NCBI GenBank assembly: GCA_965205215.1
Contig: OZ242041.1
Coordinates: forward strand, 1,248,001 to 1,312,000
Length of the DNA: 64,000 nt
From: Nitrosopumilus sp.
GTDB taxonomy: Archaea; Thermoproteota; Nitrososphaeria; Nitrososphaerales; Nitrosopumilaceae
Reading direction: 5' to 3'
The notes beneath the pieces were generated by a model. It was not told the DNA's origin and searched no databases. It was given only the letters and a program-made list of their open reading frames with translations. The translations under genes and the position numbers were made by a program. Of this stretch, positions 56,801-64,000 are shown one piece after another. Numbering within the stretch: the stretch's first letter is position 1; each line of letters begins with the position of its first letter.

Positions 56801-57250
56801 AACCTGCCCGATTCCGGGGCCGCGCTGGTGACTGTGGGCGGGGCCAGGAACAAGGAAAAGCTGATTCCTGCAATCGCAAAGCTGAAGGATCTCGGGTTTG
56901 AGATCATGGCAACGGAGCACACCGCGGAGTTCATCTCCGAGGTGGTGGGGCCGGTCCGTACGGTCCACAAGATATCCGAGCCGGATCGCAAGCCGAACAT
57001 CGCGGACCTGCTGTACGAGCGCAAGATTGACTTTATACTCAACATACCAAGCACCTCTACCTTGGAAAAGTACGTCGGGATGCTGGAGGACGAGTACCAG
57101 ATACGCCGCAAGGCGCTCGAGCTCGGGGTCCCTGTCCTGACCACAGTCGAGCTTGCAGACTCTTTTGTAAAGACTCTGGAGTGGCTGCGCACAAACAAGA
57201 CGACAAGGGACCACCTGCCGTCGTATTCTGACGGCAGCGGCAATCGGTAA
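53849..57250 (+). CDS. carB: Carbamoyl-phosphate synthase large subunit, interrupted by a 21-nt putative intron; join(53849..53923,53945..57250)
   Basis: (M)PKNETLKKILVLGSGAIKIGEAGE [SR*NGRH] FDYSGSQCLKA...INPNIATIQTD. The rest is an intact two-ATP-grasp CarB with an MGS domain. Confidence 0.93.
53924..53944 (+). other. Putative bulge-helix-type mRNA intron in carB
   Basis: GGCG-AA^A-GCCG-CTGAAA-CGGC-CGCC-AT^T. Contains an in-frame TGA; canonical cuts restore GAA-TTC. Confidence 0.8.
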
Positions 57251-57426
57251 CGACGGCGGCGACGACAACGGTGATCTGAGAATAGACGCCGTCAAGCGTC
57301 GTGACTGGCTTGCGGCTCCGCTGCCGCCAGACCCCACACCGGCCGCCCCTGCCGCCACCGCGCTCCGCACGCATGATGGGCCACCCTGGATTGTCCCTGG
57401 ATGGGACATAGCGTTATACGCACCGC

Positions 57427-57801
57427 ATGCGACTACACCGTGTGAGCGCGCACGACTCTGCCTCGGCAGCCGCTGGTACGGAGGCCGACGCCCCCCCGGA
57501 TTCCGCCGCCGACAGGGCCATCTCTACCGCGTCGGCAGGCAGGGTGAAGGTGCACCGGTTTGAACCGAGTGGGAGGAGCATAATGACCGTGGTGGGAAAG
57601 GGGGACGAGCACTGGGTGGACTCGGGCATGGGGTTCTGCTCGTGCCGCGCGTTCTATTTTGCGATGACGCGCGGCGGGAACCCGTCGTGCTACCACATAA
57701 AGTCGGCCCGCGTCGCGTTGGACTCTGGAAAGGCAGAGGTGATTGTATTTGGCGACGAGGAGTTTGACGATTTTGTGCGGGGGCTCGTGCCGGAACTATA
57801 G
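57427..57801 (+). CDS. SWIM zinc-finger protein
   Basis: FCSCRAFYF...CYHI. Confidence 0.8.
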   Translation: MRLHRVSAHDSASAAAGTEADAPPDSAADRAISTASAGRVKVHRFEPSGRSIMTVVGKGDEHWVDSGMGFCSCRAFYFAMTRGGNPSCYHIKSARVALDSGKAEVIVFGDEEFDDFVRGLVPEL

Positions 57802-57955
57802 GGCGACTGCACCACTGCCGCTGTAGATGTGGCTGTCACCGTTGCCGCATCACGGGGTGTCTGGCCATGGGCCGGAGCCCTGCCCGCCCGCCCCGCCCAA
57901 ATGCCACAGTTAATAGGGTTCCTGCGCGTATCCATAGCTGACATGGGAGGAATGC

Positions 57956-58261
57956 GTGCAGATGCCCGATGAGATCGGAATCAACTCAGAAGTGGAGAGA
58001 CTGGCAAACCTGATGCTGCACGACGGGATCCCTGCCGACGAGCAGGACCGCGGCAAGCTTGAGCCGTATGCGCGGCAGGTGCGCCTTGACGCATGCGGCA
58101 TCTCAGAATCCGACGAGAACAGGGACGAAAAGGCGATGAACGTCGTATACGAGGCCCTCTTGTACCGGAAGATGAAGGCCTCTGATGAGAGCAGCGGCAG
58201 TCGCGGCCGGAGCACAAGCATACTTGACCGGGGCTCCGAGTTCGGGGCCGGCTTTAGCTAG
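57956..58261 (+). CDS. Hypothetical protein
   Basis: Compact protein-like ORF (EALLYRKMK...FGAGFS). Confidence 0.65.
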   Translation: MQMPDEIGINSEVERLANLMLHDGIPADEQDRGKLEPYARQVRLDACGISESDENRDEKAMNVVYEALLYRKMKASDESSGSRGRSTSILDRGSEFGAGFS

Positions 58262-58262
58262 C

Positions 58263-58562
58263 TCATCCAAGCGGTATAGTATCTATCACGTCGCTGGATA
58301 CGCCCTTCCACAGTCCTATCATGCCCTCTGGCTCCACCTGCTCGACCTTTGTTATGCGCTGTATCTTTATGTGATCCGGGTTGGGTGGCATCCAGAGCAT
58401 GGCCATATAGTCGTCCACGTTCCCCACGGCATCGGGCCTTGCCATTGTTATCTTGTCCGCACCAAATCCAGAGGATGTCAGGGCGGCAGTCGCCTTTTCC
58501 CTGAGGTCCATCCTGCCGTGCAAGAAGAGGTAGACGTCCTTTGTAGTGTCGTACTCTGCCAT
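58263..58562 (-). CDS. Hypothetical protein
   Basis: MAEYDTTKDVYLFLHGRMDLREKA...; convergent with the previous ORF, stops adjacent. Confidence 0.7.
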   Translation of the reverse strand: MAEYDTTKDVYLFLHGRMDLREKATAALTSSGFGADKITMARPDAVGNVDDYMAMLWMPPNPDHIKIQRITKVEQVEPEGMIGLWKGVSSDVIDTIPLG

Positions 58563-58891
58563 GCAGTGCGGTCGCGACTGGCGGTAAATCAACCTTTCTG
58601 ACTGGCATGATCCGCGTGACGGCCGTACGCGCCCTCGGATCGATTCCATATTCATTTCCGGCCGCCCCGCGTCTTGCCATTCTGGGCGTAAAACTTCAAC
58701 CGGCCTGAACGTACGCTGGCGGCCAACTGAAACTGGAACAAGAGCATGCGCACGGCCCTGATCCATACCGGGATCCGCCTTGCGCATCGGGGTCTCCGAG
58801 CACATGCATGGTGCGCCGGGGGAGGGGCGATCCCCTTCGAAGACGGCGGCGGCCGCAATAGGGTTAAATTGGAACGGGCAGTCGGCAGGGC

Positions 58892-59185
58892 ATGAAGGTG
58901 GTCACGGTTGGGAGCAAGTCATTTGTTACTAGCTTTCAGCTTGCCGGGGTCCAGGGCGTGATATCCGAGGATCCGCGCGAGGCGCTCGGGCACATACGCA
59001 AGCTAACCGACGACTCCGATGTGGGGCTGGTACTGGTAAGCGACGACGTGACAAAGGAGATCGGGGACGCGCTGACGGCGCTGCGCGCAGAAAAGTCCGC
59101 CCTAGTGTTTGCGCTGCCTGCGGCCGGAAGCGAAAAGACAGAGGTCGACTACAGGGCGATGCTAAAAAAGATCCTCGGGGTCTGA
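58892..59185 (+). CDS. atpF: A/V-type ATP synthase subunit F
   Basis: MKVVTVG...FQLAGV...DVGLVLV...ILGV; located apart from the main ATPase operon. Confidence 0.88.
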   Translation: MKVVTVGSKSFVTSFQLAGVQGVISEDPREALGHIRKLTDDSDVGLVLVSDDVTKEIGDALTALRAEKSALVFALPAAGSEKTEVDYRAMLKKILGV

Positions 59186-59227
59186 CTGCCCGCGCCTGCT
59201 AGCGGTAGCCCGATTGGCATTCTATTT

Positions 59228-60334
59228 ATGGCTGGCCACACGCATCCGATTCTAATGAAGACCGTAACGGTGGCGGGGCCATCGCAGGTGAGGGTGCTTG
59301 ATAACGAGGATGCCAGGCCGGGGCCCGGCGAGCTCGTAGTCGAGATGAAGGCCTGCGGCATATGCGGCTCTGACCTTGAGAAGGTGTTCGGGCAGTACGG
59401 ACAACCGTCGATGCGGCTCGGCCACGAGCCTGCCGGTGTCGTAGTGGACGTGGGGGAGCCGGTTGCCGGCGACCCCGATGGTGGCGCACGCCCCGTAGGA
59501 TTCTCCAGGGGCGACAGGGTTTTTACGCATCACCACGTCCCGTGCTACTCGTGCCACCTGTGCGCGCACGGGCAGGAGACCATGTGCCCGAGATACTACG
59601 AGACCAACCTGTCGCCATGCGGCCTCTCCGAGCGGTACGTGGTTCCTGCATGGAACGTCTCGCACGGGGGCGTCCTAAAGCTGTCTGACTCAACCACGTT
59701 TGCCGAGGCCGCGATGATAGAGCCGCTTGCGTGCTGCGTGAGGGCATGGCGCAAGATCGACCACCGTCCTGGGGACAGCGTGGCAGTGTACGGCGTGGGG
59801 CCGACCGGTATAATGCACGTCATGCTTGCGACTATGCGGAACTCGTCGAGCATAACGTGCCTTGACCTGAACGACTACCGCCTGCAGTTTGCATCGGGTG
59901 TAATGGGGGAGGACTCCCCGTCGGCCGTACGGACGGTGCGCTCCGATGACAACTCGCGACGGGACGTGATACTGGGACAGAGCGGGGAGCTTGGCGCCGA
60001 CGTGTCGATAGTGGCCACGAGCAGCATTCAGGCCCTCGCGGACGCGATATCCATGACGCGCAAGGGCGGCACGGTGATGATGTTCGGCGTGCCGTCAAAG
60101 GGCGCGACGATGGAGGCAGACATGGCCGACATCTACTCGCGCGAGATCACCCTTCTTACAAGCTATGCCGCGTCCGACCGCGATACTGCCGAGGCGCTCG
60201 GACTGATTGAGTCGGGAAAGATAGACGTCGGCCGACTCATCACGCACTCCTACGGCCTGTCCGACTCGCAGAGGGCGTTTGAACACGCGCGCGCGGGAGA
60301 CGGGGCGATGAAGATAATAATTACGGGCGACTGA
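59228..60334 (+). CDS. Zinc-dependent (MDR) alcohol/polyol dehydrogenase
   Basis: CGICGSD, LGHE, C-x2-C-x2-C-x7-C, EPLAC, GVGPTG. Confidence 0.92.
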   Translation: MAGHTHPILMKTVTVAGPSQVRVLDNEDARPGPGELVVEMKACGICGSDLEKVFGQYGQPSMRLGHEPAGVVVDVGEPVAGDPDGGARPVGFSRGDRVFTHHHVPCYSCHLCAHGQETMCPRYYETNLSPCGLSERYVVPAWNVSHGGVLKLSDSTTFAEAAMIEPLACCVRAWRKIDHRPGDSVAVYGVGPTGIMHVMLATMRNSSSITCLDLNDYRLQFASGVMGEDSPSAVRTVRSDDNSRRDVILGQSGELGADVSIVATSSIQALADAISMTRKGGTVMMFGVPSKGATMEADMADIYSREITLLTSYAASDRDTAEALGLIESGKIDVGRLITHSYGLSDSQRAFEHARAGDGAMKIIITGD

Positions 60335-60377
60335 CCTGCAGCGGCCACCCGCCTAGGCTTATATTTAGACGGGCGAC

Positions 60378-61583
60378 ATGCGTTCAGTGTTGGAGTGCAA
60401 GCAGATGTGTGCCGATTCAAAGGCCTCCAAGCCGGCCGACGGCAGGGGCAGATACGAGGCAGGGCAGCGCCGGTGCAACACATGCGGCGTGTTTTTTGAC
60501 ACTGCGAACATGCACTGCCAGTGCTGCGGCACCAAGCTCAGGACAAAGCCGCGCTCAAAGGCAGGCAAGGAGAGGCTGGCGACCGTCCACTCCGGACCCG
60601 CCGCAACGGCCGCGGGGACGACGGCCCCGAATCATACCAAGACAAAACCCGCCTCTGCCCCCGAACCGAAGCGGGCGGCAAAGACGTCGGGCTCCAAGCC
60701 GCAAAAAGGACGGAACGGTGCTGCGACGACGACAACGACGACTGCCAAATCCGCCACCGCTGTCACAGCCACGCGCGGCCCGAATCTTGGCGGGATGGAC
60801 TGGGGGCTTGCAAACAGAATGGCGTCCATAATCAGGCCCGAGGACAACCGTGCCCTCATGCTTGCCGTGGATCACGGGTACTTTCTAGGGCCCACCGAGA
60901 GGCTCGAGGAACCCGACAGGGTCATAGCCCCCCTCTTGGAATACTGCGACTCGCTCATGCTGACGCGCGGAGTCCAGCGCACGTCGGTTCCTCCGACCAC
61001 CCGGACCCCGATGGTACTTCGCGTATCCGGCGGTTCTAGCATCATAGGGGAGGATCTATCACAGGAGGACGTCACGGTATCCATACAGGACGCCATAAGG
61101 CTCAACGCCTCGGCCCTTGCGCTCTCCATCTTTGTCGGCTCAAAGTACGAGTACCAGACCATAGCGAATCTGGGGCGGCTTGTCGGCCAGGCGCAGGAGT
61201 ACGGCATCCCGGTACTCGCTGTCACGGCAGTCGGCAAGGAACTCGGCAAGGACGCCAGGTACCTGTCGCTTGCGTGCAGGATCGCCGCCGAACAGGGTGC
61301 GCACATTGTAAAGACGTACTATTGCGAGGACTTTGAAAAGGTCACAAGGTCGTGCCCCGTCCCGATTATAGTTGCCGGTGGAAAAAAGATACCAGAGCGG
61401 GACGCGCTGGAGCTCACATACAATTCCATACGCGGGGGCGCGGTAGGGGTGGACATGGGGCGCAACATATGGCAGTCAGACCACCCGGTCGCAATGATAC
61501 GCGCGGTCCGCTCCATCGTTCACGGCACAAACGACGTGGACCAGGCGTATCGCATGTATCTTGACTTGGCAAAGTCCGGCTAG
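60378..61583 (+). CDS. lsrF: LsrF/DhnA-type class I aldolase-thiolase with an in-frame N-terminal Cys-rich domain
   Basis: MDWG..NR (60795), LAVDHGYF.GP, VKTYY, AGGKK, GVDMGRNIWQS. The frame is open upstream through a Zn-ribbon-like segment. Confidence 0.85.
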   Translation: MRSVLECKQMCADSKASKPADGRGRYEAGQRRCNTCGVFFDTANMHCQCCGTKLRTKPRSKAGKERLATVHSGPAATAAGTTAPNHTKTKPASAPEPKRAAKTSGSKPQKGRNGAATTTTTTAKSATAVTATRGPNLGGMDWGLANRMASIIRPEDNRALMLAVDHGYFLGPTERLEEPDRVIAPLLEYCDSLMLTRGVQRTSVPPTTRTPMVLRVSGGSSIIGEDLSQEDVTVSIQDAIRLNASALALSIFVGSKYEYQTIANLGRLVGQAQEYGIPVLAVTAVGKELGKDARYLSLACRIAAEQGAHIVKTYYCEDFEKVTRSCPVPIIVAGGKKIPERDALELTYNSIRGGAVGVDMGRNIWQSDHPVAMIRAVRSIVHGTNDVDQAYRMYLDLAKSG

Positions 61584-61622
61584 CGCGCGACAATTAGGGC
61601 GCCAGCAGCTTCGGGCCTCCGG

Positions 61623-62027
61623 TCAGTCCGTCCTTGAGAGGTGTATGTGGACTATCTTCCATGCGGCGCCGTCCTTTATCAGCACGAACGTCGCCCGTCC
61701 CGACACGGTCATGTGCTTGCCTGTAAACGACTTGTTGTCTACCAGCATGCCAGTCTGCACCAGCTCTGCTGCCACTACCGCCGCGTCATCGTACACGCTT
61801 ATCTTTGGGTTCTTTATCTCGTATGAATAGTCCGATATGCTCACAAAGCGCAGCTCCTCGAGCTCGATGGTCTCCTTGTACCCCTTGAGGTCGTACGGCG
61901 GCAGGTCGCTGAAGCTCGAGAACCTCGAGTCGTCAAGCTGTATCTCCCCGAGCCTCGACAGGTCCTTTGTGATTCCCGCCCTGAAGAACTCTTCGATCAC
62001 GCTGATTACGCTGCCGCTCTCGCCCAA
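61623..62027 (-). CDS. NTF2/SnoaL-like (DUF4440-type) protein
   Basis: DDAAVV...GRATFVL...WKIVHIHLS. Confidence 0.8.
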   Translation of the reverse strand: MGESGSVISVIEEFFRAGITKDLSRLGEIQLDDSRFSSFSDLPPYDLKGYKETIELEELRFVSISDYSYEIKNPKISVYDDAAVVAAELVQTGMLVDNKSFTGKHMTVSGRATFVLIKDGAAWKIVHIHLSRTD

Positions 62028-62204
62028 GCCGCTGTTGTCACATGCGGTATCGGTTTAAGTCTTGTGAGCATGCCTGCCTCCTTTTTTTTGCACTGCGGAC
62101 ACCATTCCCGATACCGGTAACGGGAGTTACGGAGGCGCCCTGACAGGCAAGCCGCACTCAGTCGGTCATAAACGCAAAGGCCGGGCGCTGCGGCAAGCGG
62201 CAGA

Positions 62205-62951
62205 TCACGGGAGCGGGCCGTGCGGCTGCGACCACTTTTTGATGTACATACGCTCGAATTCCTCATACGGAGGCAGCCCCAGGTCGTAGTCTATCTGGAG
62301 ACTCCTGTTGATTATCTTCTTGGGGTCGCACGGCGACAGCTCGGGCGGCTGGGGCAATATGTGGGCGGCCCAGAACTCCGCCATTGTCGTCCCGTCCCGA
62401 TCAAACGTTCCCGTGTACTCTACCAGATGCCAGACGTTTTGCCTCTCTAGATGGCACTCCACGTAGGTGTCACCGGGCGACATCTCGGCCACATGGATTA
62501 TGTCGCCCCATCCGTCCGGCGTGTAGGAATAAAAGTTGACTGCAATTCTGTCCTCTGGCTCGTCTACCAGGACCACCTCGCCGACATGGTGGAAACCCCT
62601 GTCGCTGCCGTCGGTCGCGACAACAAAGATTTCGCCGTACGACGCGTTGGACACCGCCACATACACGGGCGGGTAAGCTTCCTTATAGAGGTCATAGGCC
62701 CCGCGCGGCGGCCGGCAGATGTACCTGTCCGGGCTGACCTCCACGCACGCGTAGCCTTCTTCATATCTGTGATAATTAGAGGTCATGCGTTTTGTCCGCA
62801 GGCGGAATCGCAGTAGGAGCCGTCGTCAATGCCGAGGCCCAGCATGTGCCTGTGAAACTGGACGTAATCCACGGCATAATACACGGCCGGAACAATCACC
62901 AACACCGCCGCCACCGCGTAGATGGTGTTCTTGACGTTGGCATTCACCGGT
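62205..62951 (-). pseudogene. Membrane-anchored exported protein split into two frames at ~62783-62786
   Basis: A TM helix (IYAVAAVLVIVPAVYYAV) plus YCDSAC ends at TGA; the -1 frame continues YEEGYACVEVSPDRYICRPP. The start is uncertain. Confidence 0.45.
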
Positions 62952-63400
62952 ATATTGTGGTCGTGTGAGATTATTAACTGATGGTGATCTACAAATGTGT
63001 CGCGACACGGTGACCTAGCGAAAGGCATCAGACAAGCGATCCGTTCTGAGTGGAAACGGCCTGCGTCGACTTGCCCTCCGACAGGCGGCTCGGTGGTACG
63101 CCGCATTGCAGATGATTCCGGACTCGGCAGGTTATGCGCGCCGTCGGGTCGCAATCCGGGCGCGTCCCTGATGCGCGGCCATATGTGGAAGCGCCGCCGT
63201 GGCAAACTAACACTGGTGGCTGCTTCTGACAGACACCGGCGGGTTTGGAATCGTGGATTGGTAATTCCCTTGAATGATTAGGGACTGGTTAGTGGAAGCT
63301 GTATTCTCGTGGAAAGCGTCGGGATCTGATGGCTGAAGGATCGGATCTTCCGACATGGTGGAGCATAGACTAACATACAAGGGGCTGACTGGCAACCGAC

Positions 63401-63793
63401 ATGAGGCACTGGACCACAGTAGTGGACCTCTCAACTGTGGCATGGTTCTGCATCTTTGTAGTCGGCTTTATGGCGTTTGACGCGGATCTTGTGGGGCTGG
63501 AGCCTCTGATCAAGATTCCCGAATCCTACCAGACTGTGTGGATTGTTGCAAACTGGTCAATCTGGGGCGTCTTTGCAGTAGACGTGTGGTTCAAGTACCG
63601 CAGAGTTCGAAGCCCGCGGGAGTTTGTGCGCAGACACTGGTTCGACCTGTTACTGCTCATACCGTTCTTTAGGGTGCTGGCAATACTCAGAGTCCTGAGG
63701 CTGCTGCGCATGTTGAGGCTTGCAAGGGCGGGCCTCGGCGCATACAGGGCGTACAGAAAAGCAAAAAGATTCGGGGGGGGGGGGAGGGTCTGA
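63401..63793 (+). CDS. Stand-alone voltage-sensor-like (Ion_trans S1-S4) membrane protein
   Basis: Hydrophobic helices, VFAVD, WFDLLLLIPF, and an S4-like R-x-x-R series (LRVLRLLRMLRLAR). Confidence 0.75.
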   Translation: MRHWTTVVDLSTVAWFCIFVVGFMAFDADLVGLEPLIKIPESYQTVWIVANWSIWGVFAVDVWFKYRRVRSPREFVRRHWFDLLLLIPFFRVLAILRVLRLLRMLRLARAGLGAYRAYRKAKRFGGGGRV

Positions 63794-64000
63794 AAAGTGC
63801 GGAGGACATGGTGGTTCTCCCAACCGCAGGTTAGCCAGTCTGAATGATTGGGAAACTTTATTAGATGTGACGCAGGTTATTTATGTGGTTTGAATATGAT
63901 GATACTAGTGACGATGTGTGCGCGTGCCAAGGCGCCTAGGGCGCACGCCGCGGACGCCATGGCAGGGCCGGCGCCGGGCGCGGCATCGCACGCCGCCGGG

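Noticed and set aside
54002-57250. ORF-track start for carB at GTG 54002
   Set aside because: It omits the conserved N-terminal segment, which is clearly encoded upstream in the same frame with its own SD.
14486-57409. Numerous long antisense ORFs mirroring core genes (e.g. 14486-15634, 35728-36900, 53681-55300)
   Set aside because: Typical high-GC shadow frames with no recognisable motifs.

Overview
This window looks like chromosome from a GC-rich ammonia-oxidising archaeon (Nitrososphaerota/Nitrosopumilaceae, Cenarchaeum-like; lineage inferred from gene content such as the malonic semialdehyde reductase-like ADH, CdvC/ESCRT-III-like genes, F420-type oxidoreductases and a blue-copper protein). 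Bases 1-~11790 are the right arm of a lower-GC integrated element anchored at an intron-containing tRNA-Val(CAC). It carries a tyrosine integrase, a type III Res fragment, a RecD-like helicase-nuclease and a type ISP restriction-modification gene whose 3' end is split around a (GA)20 microsatellite and two tandem variants of the same specificity segment. The rest is mostly core genes (rpl40e, sucCD, ileS, purD, folD, uvrBAC, gltA, cdvC, carAB, atpF, lsrF) with a few probable acquisitions. The strongest unexplained signal is in carB: a 21-nt stop-containing insertion folds as a bulge-helix splice motif like the tRNA intron in this window, and canonical cleavage restores the conserved GEAGE-FDYSG sequence exactly. 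It is therefore a candidate spliced intron in an archaeal protein-coding gene. All calls are from reading the sequence; no searches were run.
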